NCBI RefSeq assembly: GCF_963921235.1
Contig: NC_086109.1
Coordinates: 21,764,001 to 21,828,000, forward strand
Origin: Mobula hypostoma
Lineage: Eukaryota
Length of the DNA stretch: 64,000 nt
Direction of reading: 5' to 3'
Under the pieces are notes generated by a model. It searched no databases and was not told where the DNA came from. It was given only the letters and a program-made list of their open reading frames with translations. Of this stretch, positions 13,291 through 27,186 are shown piece by piece. The position numbers and the translations under genes are program-made. The first letter of the stretch is position 1. The number at the start of each line of letters is the position of its first letter.

Positions 13291-14204
13291 GAGATGCAGT
13301 GAGATGTTTGAATTTTTAAAAAGCGCTGTGGGAAACCATTGATTTAAGAATAACAGCATTCTTTGGAAGGGACAGACATGGCCAAGTGTTAAAAAAAGGC
13401 AGAAATCAGCCAAATTCATGTGTTCATAAACAGTGAGTACCAGGTGATAATATTGATCATAAAAATAAAGAGCAGAATGTCTGGCTATATCAGAAAGATT
13501 TATGTGTTTGATTGCATAACGAATAACTGGCTCATGTATAATGAACAAATTGAGCAGTATTTTGAAGCAATGTAAATAGCCAATAAGAAGCTGGTGGCAA
13601 TTTTGCTGAATGTATTGGATTTAAAGGCATACAGGTTGCTTAGAAGCTTAACTGCTCCAACTGAACCAGCCGAAATTAGCTTTGCTGATATCATGAAAGT
13701 AATGTGGGAACATTTAGAACAGAAGCCACTGTTGATTGCAGAACACTTTATGCTGAAACAAAAGGAAGGGGGGTCCATTTCAGCATTAGTGGCTGAATTG
13801 AGATATTGTCTGAGCATTATCAGTTCAGTAATGGGCTTCATGATGCACTAAAAGATTGTTTTAATTTGTTGAATCTTACAAGAAAGCATTCAAAAATGGT
13901 TCCTAATTGAAGCACACACATTTAAAATAACATTTGAAATAGCTCTAGTAATGGAAACAACAGACAGAGACGCAATTGAGTGCAGACAGGAATGAAAGTG
14001 AGCGTGAACAAAATTGTAACGTTTAAACTGAAACCAGTCTGGCACAAAAATTGTGTTACTCCTCTGACAGTGGCTCACATACACCAAACCAATGGAGATT
14101 TAAAGGTAAAACTTGCAGAAGATGCCACAAAGTAGGATACATACAAAGAGCATGCCAGGCAGACAGAAATAAATGGACTGCACAGAGAAGAGAGATAAAG
14201 GTAA

Positions 14205-15145
14205 AGATTACGTGGTTAACTGGATCAGCAAATTTGTGGATGACAGCAAGATCAGGGGTGTAGTGGACAACAAGGAAGGCTATCAGAGCTTGCAGAGAGA
14301 TCTGGACCACTGGAAAAATGGGCTGAAAAATGGCAGATAGCACTTAGTGCAGACAAGTGCGAGGTGTTGCTCTTCAGTAGTAGTAAATAGGGTAAGTCTT
14401 ACTCAGAGAACGGTAGGGCACTGAGGAATGTGGAAGAACAAAGGAATCTGGGAATACAGGTCTGAAATTCATTGAAAGTGGTGTCACAGGTAGACAGGGT
14501 CATAAAGAAAGCTTTTGGCACACTGGCCTTCATAAATCAAAGTATTGAGTACAGGAGATGGGATGTTATGTTGAAGTTGTATAGGACATTGGTGAGGCCT
14601 AATTTGGAGTATTGTGAGCAGTTTTGGTCACCTTCCTACAGGAAAGGTGTAGAAAAGGTTGAAGGAGTACAGAGAAAATTTACAAAGATGTTGTCGGGCC
14701 AGGAGATCCTGAGTTATAAGGAAAGATTGAATAGGTTGGGACTTAATTCCTTGGATTGTGGAAAACTGAGGGAAGGTTTGAGAGAGGTATACAAAATTAT
14801 GACAGATATAGATAGGGTGAATGCAAGTAGGCTTTTTCTACTGAGGTTGAGTAGGATGACAACTAGGGGTCATGGATTAAGGGTGAAAGATGAAAAGTTT
14901 AAGAGGAACGTGAAGGGAAACTTCTTCACTCGGAGAGTTGTAGGAGTGTGAACAAACTGCCTGTGCAAGCGGTATATGCAAGCTCGACCAACGTTTAAGA
15001 GAAGTTTGGATAGGTATATGGATGGTGGGGATATGAAGGGCAATGGTCTGGGTTCAGGTTGTTGGGTGTAAGCCATTTAAATAGTTTGGCATGGACAAGA
15101 TGGGCCAAAGGACCTTTTCTCTACTGTATTTTTATATGATTCTAT
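14205..15145 (+). mobile_element. CR1 LINE 3' fragment nested in the Gypsy element
   Basis: ORF 14472-14951 (KKAFGTLAFINQSIEY...LVRPNLEYCEQFWSP...TRGHGLRV...FFTRRVV) and an upstream FVDD remnant. Confidence 0.85.
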
Positions 15146-15549
15146 AAGATATTCAACTAAGAACTTAAACTGGAGAAAAGGTAACTTCTGTGGGAATGAC
15201 ATTTGTAACCATGAAATACAACAACCAGCAAGTCACATTGGGCTTGTGTGTGGTAAAAATAGGAGGCCCAGAATTCTGGGGTCATGGTTGGCTGCGACAA
15301 CTACAATTTGACTGGAGATCCATCCACTATTTTTATTGCCACCTTGCCTGGCAAAGTGCCAACTGAAAACAAATTAAGAAAGTAACTGGTTGAAGCCACA
15401 GCCGTGCTCAAGGATGGTATTGGAAAACTCAGACATATCAAGGGTTAAAATAGTGTTAAATGAAAACGTCACACCCAAATTTTACAACCCATCCGGTTCC
15501 TTATACCATCTGTGATAAAGTAGCCAGTGAGCTAGTTTGCTTGGAGACT

Positions 15550-16418
15550 TGTTACGTAACCAGCCACAATGAATATCAATCGAGTCAGGTTATATAAAAA
15601 TAACCAAACATTTATTAAACACGGATAAACAATAATAAAAAAAATGAAAACCTTAACCGGAAGTTAACCGCTATGTGGCCATTCAACAAATCGCTACTCG
15701 GTACTGGTTCTTAAAGCGATAAATGCAAAAACAGTTCTTAAAGCGGTAAGGTCAAACGCAGTTCTTAAAATGGTAAATTCGAAAGTCCAACAGATTTATA
15801 CATTCAATTGGGAGAGACTTCTCTGGAGAAGGATTTCTTCGTAGATGTGACTTTCCTGCTGGTTCTGTCCAAAGGATTCACAATGAAGGAAATAAACGGG
15901 GCTTAAAAACAACTGACCTTTATTTCTAGAGAGCAAACCTTGCATGAACTTCCTTTCTCTTTTGGAAGGAGTTATCTCGATGCAGGTTGCTACTTCTTCA
16001 ATGAAGACTCAATAAGGTCGATCCTTTATTAAACTGCCGAACATTACCGATTTCTCTTAATCCTTCATATCTTGTACTTCAATAAAGTCTTCTCTCTCCA
16101 ATACTACTGAAAAAGTACATCAACAAATCAAGCAGAAATTGAGTAAACTGCCAGTCCAGCACTATTGTACCTTACAATAGAACGTAAAACTCCATTGTAA
16201 AAATGAAACTGCGTCATAAAGCAAATACGCAACGAGACTCTGACTAACGTTCTAGCTGGGAAACTAACTGCGTCACCAGAGGTGTTCCCTTTTATACCCG
16301 TGGTGAACATGTCATCACGTGACCTCACATTGGTGGGAAAATTATATCAGGTGACCTCCAAAAGACCATTACATCATTCTCACAAGAAAGTCATAAGATC
16401 TCCTTGAGGTATGTAACA
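15550..16418 (-). mobile_element. Solo LTR nested in Gypsy pol
   Basis: TGTTAC...GTAACA termini and 4-bp TSD GACT (15546-15549 and 16419-16422). Minus-strand TATAAAA near 16290 and AATAAA near 15611. Confidence 0.8.
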
Positions 16419-17421
16419 GACTGAAGGATTTCTTTCCAAGGTTAAACGGAGCCCATAGGCAACACTAGTGATCCCAGTAGCCAAGAAGAATGGGTCTGTC
16501 AGGATCTGTGGTAATTTTAAGGTCAACATCAACCCAGTACTGTAAGTAGACCAATACCCTCTGCTCAGGATAGAGGATATCTTCGTAAACCTTTCTGGAT
16601 GGAAACACTTCAGCAAAGTGGACTTAGCTGAGGCCTTCTTACAGATGGAGATGGAATAAGAGTCTAATCTGTTTCTCCTCATAAATACTCACAAATTTAT
16701 CACTGTGATATGCTTATTTTTGGAGTAGCAGCTACACTTGCACTCTGTCACAAAGTTATGGACCAGGTGTTACAAAGCTGTCTAGGCACTCAGTGTTACC
16801 TGGATGACATCATTTTTACAGGTAACAATGACAAGGAACATCTCAAAAATGTCAACAGAGTGCTAAAAAGATTAGAATATTATGGGCTCAGAGCAGAAGC
16901 TACAAGTGTAAATTCTTTAAGCTAAGCATTACTTACTGTGGTCACATCATTGATGCACATGGTTTAGACAAGGGTGCTGAGAAAATTCAAGCAATGCTGG
17001 ATGCCCCAAAGCATCACAGATGTGGTCCTTTTTAGGATTTGTCAATTACTATAACAGGTTCCTGCCAAGCCTATCTAATGTGTTCAAATCATTACTACAG
17101 ATTGGGAGGAAATAGCAATGGACAAGGTAGTGTGAGGTGGCTTTCCTAAGGGTAAAGGAAGTGGTGATATCAGACACCGTACTCACACTTTATGAACCAC
17201 ATCATCCAGTGAAGCTTGCCATGCACTGCTCAGGATGCCAACATGTCAAAATGAAAGGTGTCCAGAGCTGTCAGAACCACTTGCTGCAGTCACAAAGTCA
17301 ACTCCTACAACCCAGAACCTCAGATTGTTTCACAGCCACAGGTCTTTCCTGCCAAGGAGAACGACTGCTCCCCCACACTCCCAAATCAGGAAAGATGTGA
17401 TCCCACAAGGGTAAGAAATCC

Positions 17422-17867
17422 AATCTTCCGTCCGTGGACTCACTTTACACCGCACACTGTCGGAGCAGTGCTGCCAGGATACTCAAGGACACAACCAACC
17501 CAGCAAACAGACTTTTCATCCCTCTTCCCTCCGGAAGAAGGCTCAGGAGCTTCAAGACTCGTATGGCCAGATTTGGGAACAGATTCTTTCCAACTGTGAT
17601 AAGACTGCTGAACGGATCCTGACCTGGATCTGGGCCGTACCCTCCAAATATCCGGACCTGCCTCTCGGTTTTTTTGCACTACCTTACTTCCCATTTTTCT
17701 ATTTTCTATTTATGATTTATAATTTAAATTTTTAATATTTACTAATTTTGACTATTTTTAATATTTAATATTTGTAATCCAGGGAGTGTGAAGCGCAGAA
17801 TCAAATATTGCTGTGATGATTGTACGTTCTAGTACCAATTGTTTGGCGACAATAAAGTATAAAGTAT
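17422..17867 (+). mobile_element. Rex/Babar-like LINE 3' fragment
   Basis: DSLYTAHCRSSAARILKD...LFIPLPSGRRLRS...RFGNRFFPTVIRLLN-type RT C-terminus and an (AAAGTAT)n tail. Confidence 0.75.
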
Positions 17868-18315
17868 AATCCTCCATAACCATTAAATCTTTAGGCCTGA
17901 AGGAGACAATTTAAAATAGATAGATTCATATACATATAGATAGACATATGGATGACTAGACAACAATGTATTACATATTGAGCTGAGTTGTATTCTACAT
18001 TGAGTTGGACTTTATAGCTAAGCAGGATAGAGTGTTGTGTATTTAATATTTCAGTAATATTAGAGTAATATATTGTTAATATATTGTTTGATTAAGCACT
18101 CTTTATTTGTTTAAAAAATTCATTACAGGTTCTATGAAATAGTACATAATTTGTATACGTCATAATACTACCATGTCATACATTGCCTTGCTTAAAGTAA
18201 AAGTGAAATGAAAACGTTATTCACAGCTCCATGTTCTTATTTCAATTAGATTTATGTTTTGGAGTTATAAAACATAACACCACCCACCATTTGCAACTGA
18301 TACACCTAGAAATGC

Positions 18316-18477
18316 TAGCAGCATGCACAAAATGCTGGAGGAACTTGGCAGGCCAGGCAGCATCTATGGAAAAGAGTGCAGTTAACATTTCATGCCGAGA
18401 CCTTTCATCAGGATGCCAGCATTTTGGGTGTGTTGTTTGGATTTCCAGCATCTGCAGACTTTCTCTTGTTTTTGATT
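18316..18477. mobile_element. PLE 3'-end fold-back insertion (older subfamily)
   Basis: Minus arm ends at the hammerhead 5' edge (CTTTCATCAGGA). TSD CTAGAAATGC at 18306-18315 and 18478-18487. Confidence 0.75.
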
Positions 18478-18659
18478 CTAGAAATGCCAACCGGCCATTG
18501 GGCCTATCAGACCACCGGGTACAGGAGTTGGGATATCATATTACAACTGTGAATAGATTTGATAAGGCCACAATTGCAGTGCTAAGTGCAGTTTGGGTTA
18601 CCTAGCTGTAGAAGAATGAGGGAGGATCTCATTGAAACCTATCAAATAAGGCAGAGTTT

Positions 18660-19477
18660 AGGAGGGTTAATGGCGCCTAACAGCAAACTCTTTGCTTGCA
18701 TCTTCGGAAGCAGTTCTATTTCCACCTCTAATATCTTTATTTTTCCCTTTTGGGGTTCTTTTGAAGACCCTGACCTGGAGTTACACATAGACTTTGGTTC
18801 TTTACGGGAATGGGACCTGTTTTCGGGATTCCACGACTATCCATTATTCGACATGCCAAGGGTTTGGCCTGAGAGTCTCCATCGTGTTGAGAAGCCTAAG
18901 ATCTCGGGGCTCTGGAGACGGATCAAGGGTCAGTGTCAGGGCAGGAGACTCGTGTGTCATCAGGAAGGCCAGAAAATCTTTCGCTGTGGGCCTGAAGACC
19001 CGAGGTCTTTGCGATCTTCAGCCCCAGACCTTGAAAAAAGTGACAAAACGGACATTTAACATCGTAAACCAGCAGGTTGTTGTTATGTCTCCCGCTCGCT
19101 GTGAAAATGGAGGGACACCTTCCTCTCCCTTGCTAGGGAGAGAGAGAACCTGTGGTTTGTCGAATGTCGGATGAAATACAAAGCCATTGGGGTAACTTTG
19201 GTCTGTGTCTTTGCTATTGCTTAGCTCACGCTTGGGCTCGGTGACGGTACCGATGCACTTTTTTTGCTGATGGGGGGGGGATCATTGCTTGCTGCCACTT
19301 ACATGTGGGAGGGGGAACGGGGGGGGGGAAATTTGGGGTCTTCACGTCTAACTGTCGTTCATTCTTTGGGGCACTTGTCCGTTTTCGTGGATGTTTGCGA
19401 AGAAAAAGCATTTCAGGATGTATATTGTATACATTTCTCTGACATTAAATTCGACCTTTGAACCTTTAAACCTTGAA
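18660..19477 (+). mobile_element. Unclassified non-autonomous retroposon inserted in a CR1 fragment
   Basis: Same family as 12501-13290. It splits the CR1 reading DLIETYQI|LKGLDRV and ends in a CTTTGAA-like tail. Confidence 0.7.
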
Positions 19478-20356
19478 CATTGAAAGGCCTAGATAGAGTG
19501 GAAATGAGCAGGAAGTGTCTTATAGTGGGCGGGGGGAAGTGGGGGAGTCTAGGGCCAGAGGGCACAGCCTCAGAACAAAAGGACATCCCTTTAGAAGAGA
19601 GATAAGGAGGAATTTCTTTAGGCATACAGTGCTGAATCTGTGGAATTTATTGCCACAAACAGCTGTGGCGGCAAATTCATTGGGTATATTTAAAGCAGAA
19701 GTTCTCGCTTAGTAAAGGTGTCAAAGGTTATGGGGAAAAGGCAGGACTTTGGCATGTTCCACTTAAACATTTCACCTTTCACCCTTAACCCATGACCTTT
19801 AGTTGTAGTCTCACCCAATCACAATGGAAAAAGCCCAGGTACATTTACCTTATAATTTCATATACCTCTATCAAATCTCCTCTCAATCTCCTACATGGTA
19901 GGGAATAAAATCCTAACCTATTCAACCTTATGGAAAGAAGTTGGGAGAATAGGGTTGAGAGGGATAATAAATCAGCCATATTTGAATGGCAGAGCAGACT
20001 TGATGAGTCAAATGGCCTAACTCTGCCCCAATGTCTTAAGGTGTTATGGTCTATAAGAAGGATGTCACAGAGCTGGAAAGGGTGTAGAAAAAAATTTATA
20101 AGGCTATTACTGGGATGTGATGTTTTATGTAGAGACAGGATGGGATTGTGACTTTTTCCCTGGAGCTTGGGAAGCTGATCAATAACCCTACAGAGGTATA
20201 TAAAATCATTAGGGGTGTAGACAAGATAAATTGTTACATTCTTCTTTCCAGGTTAGGAAAGTCTAGAACTAAAGGCACCAATTTAAGGTCAGAGAGGAAA
20301 GATTTGAATGGGTTCTGAAGGGTATTTTTGTTTCACACATAGGGTGTGTGACAGAT

Positions 20357-20555
20357 CACAGTATCCAGTAATATGCTTACTCAATCACAATTTCCAGTAA
20401 TGTGCTTACTCAATCACAGTAACTAGTAACACACTTGCCTAGTCTCAGTTCTTGGTAACAACCTTTCCCAATTACAGTATCTAATAACATACTCAGACAA
20501 TCATTGCATTGAGTAAGATGTTTGCACAGTAATACACTCATCCAATCACAGAGCC
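20357..20555. repeat. Degenerate minisatellite (unit about 29 bp)
   Basis: Units like TCACAGTATCCAGTAATATGCTTACTCAA, repeated with progressive decay. Confidence 0.6.
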
Positions 20556-20649
20556 TGTGCTCATACAGACCTTTGCAACAACAAAGAACTTGCACATAGC
20601 AGCTCACATACAGCCCATGTTCAAACCAATCCATTGATCTACCAAACTA

Positions 20650-21990
20650 AATCAAACCAATCTTATGGAGTTTTCAAGGAAGTTACCAGGAAAGCTGATG
20701 AAGGCAAGGCAGTTGACGTTGTCCACATGGACTTTGGCAAGGCCTTTGATGAGGTCCCACATGAGAGGCTGGTCAAGAAGTTCCGGTCACTTGACCATTC
20801 AAGATGAAGTAGTGAATTGGATTAGACATTGGCTTTGTGGCAGTTGATGGTTGCCTCCCCAAATGGTGGCCTGTGAATAGTGGTGTGCTGCAGGGGTCAG
20901 CACGGAATCCGTAGTTTGTCATGTGTATCAACAATGTGGATGAGAATGCGGTAAACTGGATCGGCAATTCTGCAGACGACACCAAGATTGGGGGAGTAGT
21001 GGATGGCGAGGAAGGCTATCATAGCTTGCAGCGGGATCTGGAACAACTGGAAAAATGGGCTGAAAAATGGCAGATGGAATCTAATGCAGACATGTGTGAG
21101 GTGTTGGGAGGGCAGACCAGGGTAGGACTTAACACAGTGAGCAGTAGGGTACTGCAGAGTGCAGTGGAACAAAGGGATCTAGGAACGCAGATCCATAATT
21201 CCTTGAATGCGGCGTCACATGTAGATAGAGTCGTAAAGAAAGCTTTTGGTACTTTGGTCTTCATAAATCAAAGTACTGAGTAAAGTTGGAATGTTATGTT
21301 GATATTGCATAGGTAAGAATTAATTTGGAGTATTGATGTGCTGTTTTGGTCACCTAACTACAGGAAATATATCAATAAGATTGAAAGAGTGCGGAGAAAA
21401 TTTACAAGGATATTGCCAGGACTTGAGGACCTGTTATAGGGAAAGGTTGAATAAGTTAGGACTTTATTCTTTATTCCCTGGAGCATAGAAAAATGAGTGG
21501 AGATTTGACAGAGTTATATAAAATTATGAGCATGCAGACTCTATCCACTCAGGTTGGTGAGAAGAGAGGTCATGGGTTAAGAGTAAAAGGTGAAAAGTTT
21601 AGAAGTCCTGCCTTCTCCCCATATCCTTTGACACGCTTAATAATCAAGAACCTATCAACCTCCACTTTAAATATACCCAATGACTTGGCCTCCACGGCCG
21701 TCTATTTACGAAGAATTTAACAGATTAATTACCCTGTAGCTAAAGAAGTTCCTCCTCTTTTCTGTTTTAAAGGGATTCCCTTCTTTACTGTGTCCTCTGG
21801 TCCTAGATACCCCCATTATAGAAAACATCCTCTCCACATCCACTCTATCTAGACCTTTCAATATTCAATAGGTTTCAATGAGATCTCCTAAACTCCAGCA
21901 AGTACAGGCCCAGAGCCATCAAATGCTCCTCATAAGTGAACCCTTTCATTCTTGGGATGATTCTCGTAAAACTCCTCTCCAATTTCAGCA
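20650..21990. mobile_element. Two CR1 fragments fused tail-to-tail
   Basis: Plus-strand RT remnant (SADDTKIGGVVD...LQRDLEQLEKWAEKWQM) runs to about 21603, then an abrupt switch to a minus-strand CR1 3' region. Confidence 0.75.
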
Positions 21991-24900
21991 CAACCACAAC
22001 ATCAGTAGCACAGCAACTGAGATGATTTAATGTTACAAAGTACTTTCAGTACATTTACTTTGCAGTTTCACTTAGAGTACTGATTTCTGCTCTTTGACAA
22101 AGTTCTAGATAGATTTAATCCAATTGAGATCGCATACAGCAGATGCATAATGAAGAAATCAGAGATGTCAGACAGTACACCGTTGACCTGCACATTGAAG
22201 GTTGGCACAGATAAAGCTGCCTCAGCAGTAGTGCTTTGAGACAAGTAACTTGTCAGGTAATGCAACCTGAAGGGGAAATTTTCTCTCTGTATCAAGTTGA
22301 CAGTGGCTAATGGAGAAGAGAAAACAACAGAGAAACTGCTTTTGTATTTGAATGGTCACCAGTGCAAACATATAGTAAGTAAGCCTAGCAATCCCGTGAT
22401 TATTTAACAACTTCACAGTCCTTGATCACAAATCTACCAATTTGGATTGGTTAAAGACTAACTAAATTTATTGAGATGTTTATTCATTAGTTATCTCCTG
22501 TATCAGCCACCATAATCTTTATTTTCAATAGATACCTGTTTCAATCGAAACTACATGCTGTATTTAGCCTGATGTTGTTCATCTAATCATGCAGACAGAA
22601 ATTCTGTGCATAGATAAGCAAACTCTCCACTTACCCAGTAACAAAATTCATTAGAAGTCCCACAGGATCTGAATGTTATCCTGCAATAACTTTGATACTA
22701 ATCCTGCTTTTTAAATAAAAACGCAATCAGTCATCTACAGCTCTCGTAATAGTACAGTAAATACATTGAATTGATTGCCATAATTGTTTCATTTCCAGTT
22801 TTTTTCCTCTTAAATGAGAAGCATTTGCTGTTGCCGTGATATAAAATCAGGCATTAGTTTGGATTTACTACTGTTTATTAAAATCAATTGTCATCACTCC
22901 TTCATTCCTGCTGGTTTGAAAGACAGGCTCACTTTTATTACACTAATGGGTGGCACTCAGTCCTTGAAACATCTCTGGCACAGTGGTTGATAGAGGTCAT
23001 TGTGTGACTGCAGCTTGGATACTGGGAGAACAAGATCAATTCTTGGGGTTCCAGCTGTTTGGTAATGGTCAGAAGAATCAGCTTCATCTTCACTGCAATG
23101 TATTTTCGAGCCCACCTTGTCTGGCAATCAGGTAATACCTCCATCATAAAATTCCCTTCAACTCCAGTATTCTTTGGAGTTCGGCAAAATGGAGGGTTGA
23201 GCTTACTGAATCATTAGAGATTTTAAGGGAGCATGAGAGTGCAGTTGTTGAGAAATTTTCACTAGTGGGAGATTAACAAAAGATGAACAGGATTTCGAAA
23301 TAATCTTGCATAGGGTGGTGATTCTTTGGAATTCAAAGTCTTGTATAAATATGCAACACATTCATAAGTTACTGAGGAAGATTTCAACGGGGAAAGTTTA
23401 GATTCTTCCCCTTTCTCAGAAGATCAGCAGCTTAACACTTTGTTCATAGGTTTGAATATGAAGGGTAGAACAAAGCAGAACAAAGCCAATAGAGTGAAGT
23501 AGATGCCCTTGACTCTCAGTACACTGAGTACACAAAGCCCTTGCATCAGTACAGACAACCACAAGCAACATCAGGAAGGGAGAAACAATTGTTGACAAAG
23601 TCAAAGCTAAGATTGGTTCATTCCAGACCACTTTCTTAGCCCACAGGTCAAGCCAGTCACAGCAACTGCAGCAGTCCTGGAACCTACAACCAATAGCAGT
23701 ACTGTAGTGTGAACGTTCTCGAATCCCTAAATACACTCTTGCACATGGGGTTAGCCATGGAAGTGACTGTTGTCCCATGTCAAATTTTTGCAGATTCAGG
23801 TTGTGCTCCAAAATACAACAGCCAGGCTGAATTTCCAGAGCTCATCTGAAGCATTGGTACACCATGAGAGGTGTGATCTTTTAATTGAGATGATCTTCAA
23901 AAGAGGGTCTGCCTTCTCAGTAGATGATTGCAGAAGATCCCATAGCCACCATTTCAAACTGGAGCCGAAGAGCTCTTGGGATAATTATTTACTACTCAAT
24001 TGTCATTAGTAACAAAGATAATCTGGCCGTTTTCACGTTCTGTTTGTTGGAACTAGCTGAATGCAAATTGATCTCTAAATGTCTTACAAGAATAATTTAA
24101 TTGCAAAATTATTTCTTTGGCTGTTAAGAACTTTATCATGTCCTGAGGTTCTAAAAAGGTGTTGCATGTGTCATATCAATGTTTAATAACCCACAAGCTC
24201 TAACAAAGGTCCTAATGCATTAATCCTGTCATGAATAGCACAACACCTTAAATCCTATTACCTCTAAAATGTAACACATTAATACCTTTTAAGACTAATC
24301 CTATTAATATCTCTGATACCAATTACCTAATGCCCTATTTTTAAATACTATTTTATACTAATCCTTTATTATTGTATCTATAGTACATTATCTCAACATT
24401 ATAATTCCCTTAATTGTATCGGTATAAAAGTAATTTGTATAAATGAAAAATATCAGAATCAGTATCAGAGTAAGAATTACTTTAAGATTGTATCACTTAA
24501 ATTCATAACTAATCTCTTTATCAGACACCACCTGAAATTATGCGTACAGTATCTGCATAATTTTCTCACTCTGTACTCCGTGTTTTTTTTTGCCAAAGGA
24601 TCTGCTGTAAGCCTTTCCCTCCAGCAGATGTCAGTGGAGCACCATTTCAGTCTTACAGCCCCACATGACACTAAACATCTATCCAATCAGAAGTCAGAAC
24701 TTTTAGATTGTGTTTCAAACTCTGGACAAAATCTCCAGTGATGTCCTGATTCTCCACATTCATCACACTCACGCTCAAAAACTCTGACTCCAGAGACTTG
24801 AGGACAAAATCGAGACCAGTCTCAGTGCAGGATTGAGGGAGTTATCTTCTGATTTAAATGATGTCCGAGTTCAAGCGTCAGTGAGCAACTCACTGACTGG

Positions 24901-25683
24901 AGAACTCCCCTCTTAGGTGGAAGCAAAGGATCCCATGACACAGAAGAGCAAGAGAGTGGCCTCACAACCATTCGTGGGAACTTGCTGTAGGCAAGTTGTT
25001 CCTGTTATCTCTATATTACAAATAATTAGCACCTCAAAAAATAATTTATTGCCTTGCTGAGGTGGTGCGTGATGCTAAATTCAAATTGGTTTCTTTCTAT
25101 CCAATGAGTATAGAGATTTATTTGCATTTCTAGCCCCTCTCTCCAGTCTCCAAGTCATGAAGTTTGCACTGAGAGCAATTTTCTAAGCACCAGATATTCT
25201 CTGATACCTGTGCTGGATCTTCAATGTCTATCCGAGAAGGCAGATACTGTATTGGTCTGACATGAAGGATATAGCCCCTCGAACCAACACTGGCGTGATG
25301 TTACATTTGATTACATCGTAAGTAAAGTCAAGGGCACAAACTATGATGTACTGACTCAGGTTAACATGTGAACAGCATTAACAGTCGTGTGAGTGGTAGA
25401 TGGCACAATACGTAGACATCAATATTGGGACAAATCACTGAATAACAGTTCAGCAAAGGATCAGAATTTCTCGGTATGGACAAAGCACTGAGTGGAACAA
25501 ACACTCGGCCTGATCTGCTTGGGGATAAAACTTATCAATTTGCCACTTCCTGGCAGACTAAACAGGAAGCAGAGACAGGTGAGAAAATGGGTCAGAGTCA
25601 GGTTTAGTTGTCCTAGAAAAGGGATGTAGTTTATAGGATCGTATGACACAGAACACCATTCAGACTATTGTTTCATTTGAAAA

Positions 25684-26524
25684 CACATCAAAGTTGCTGG
25701 TGAACGCAGCAGGCCAGGTAGCATCTCTAGGAAGAGGTACAGTCGACATTTCAGGCCGAGACCCTTCGTCAGGACTAACTGAAGGAAGAGTTAGTAAGAG
25801 ATTTGAAAGTGAGAGGGGGAGGGGAGATCCAAAATGATAGGAGAAGCCAGGAGGGGGAGGGATGGAGATAAGAGCTGGACAGTTGATTGGCAAAAGGGAT
25901 ATGAGAGGATCATGGGACAGGAGGTCCGGGGAGAAAGACAAGGGGAAGGGAACAGAGGATGGGCAAGAGGTATAGTCAGAGGGACAGAGGGAGAAAAAGG
26001 AGAGTGAGAGAAAGAATGTGTATAAAAATAAATAACAGATGGGGTACAAGGGGACCTGATGGCATGAACATTGACTTCTCTAACTTCCACTAATGCCCCA
26101 CCTCCCCTTCGTACCCCATCCGTTATTTATTTATATACACACATTCTTTCTCTCTCTCTCCTTTTTCTCCCTCTGTCCCTCTGACTATACCCCTTTGCCC
26201 ATCCTCTGGGTTATTTTCCCCCCCTCCCCCTTTTCCTTCTCCCTGGACCTCCTGTCCCATGATCCTCTCATATCCTTTTTGCCTATCACCTGTCCAGCTC
26301 TTGGCTCCATCCCTCCCCCTCCTGTCTTCTCCTATCATTTTGGATCTCCCCCTCCCCCTCTCACTTTCAAATCCCTTACTCATTCTTCCTTCAATTAGTC
26401 CTGACGAAGGGTCTTGGCCCAAAACGTCGACTGTACCTCTTCCTAGAGATGCTGCCTGGCCTGCTGCGTTCACCAGCAACTTTGATGTGTGTTGCTTGAA
26501 TTTCCAGCATCTGCAGAATTCCTG
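25684..26524. mobile_element. PLE fold-back insertion (0.84 kb)
   Basis: Minus arm to about 26054, plus arm from about 26055 (ORF end PDGMNIDFSNFH*). TSD TTGT(T/C)TCATTTGAAAA at 25668-25683 and 26525-26540. Confidence 0.9.
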
Positions 26525-26574
26525 TTGTCTCATTTGAAAAGATATCTTGACAGATACACACTCCTTCATCTTTC

Positions 26575-27150
26575 ACACAGTGCCTAGGTGTCAACAACTC
26601 TGAAGATCTGTCCTTGGCTCAACATGTTGATGCAATCACAAAGAAGGCACTCACTAGGGGCTGGAGGAGGCTCGGTATGTCACCAAAGACTCTGGCAAAT
26701 TTTTACAGATGTACTGTGGGGAACATTCTAATTGGCTGCATCGCAGTCTGGTATGGGGGCAGCCAATGCACTGGATCGGAAATGGCCTCAGAAGGTTATA
26801 AACTTATCCAGCTCCATCATGGGCACTAGGACAACTTCAGGAATCCATCATAAAGAATCTCACAATCCAGGACATGCCCTCGTTTCATTAATGTTATCAG
26901 GGAGAAAGCACAGGACCCTGAAGGCACACAGTCAATGTATTAGGAACAGCTTCTTCCCGTTTGCCATCAGCTTTCTGAATGGCCCATGAAACCTACCTCA
27001 CTATTTTTGTTCTCTTTTGCACTACCTATATAACGTTTAATACATGTTTCTGATTGCACTTTATAGTGTATTTTATTACTGCACTGCTGTCACAAAACAA
27101 CAAATTTCACAACATAGTGTCAGTGATAATAAACCTGATTCTGCTTCTGA
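26575..27150 (+). mobile_element. Rex/Babar-like LINE 3' fragment
   Basis: ANFYRCTVGNILIGCIAVWYG and NSFFPFAISFLN remnants. Confidence 0.7.
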
Positions 27151-27186
27151 CACTGAGCCCTGAAAACTTCCTCTTTCACGTGCTTA

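Larger units (their letters stand above)
12247..18279 (+). mobile_element. Decayed Ty3/Gypsy LTR retrotransposon with nested insertions
   Basis: 5' LTR 12247-12459 and 3' LTR 18033-18279 (TG...AACA, mutually similar). PBS-like GTGGCAAC at 12460, purine tract before 18033, flanks CCATC/CCACC. Gag remnant (AYRLLRSLTAPTEP...EHLEQKPLLIAE; CRRCHKVGYIQRAC) and RT remnant (KKNGSVRICGNFK...FSKVDLAEAFLQ...CYLDDII). Confidence 0.85.

Noticed and set aside
20357..20555. CRISPR-like array
   Set aside because: Eukaryotic context; the tandem units have no unique spacers and no cas genes are present.
22000..25600. Unique sequence searched for exons of a neighbouring gene (for example TAFA family)
   Set aside because: No recognisable coding motif or convincing splice pair; small exons could have been missed by eye.
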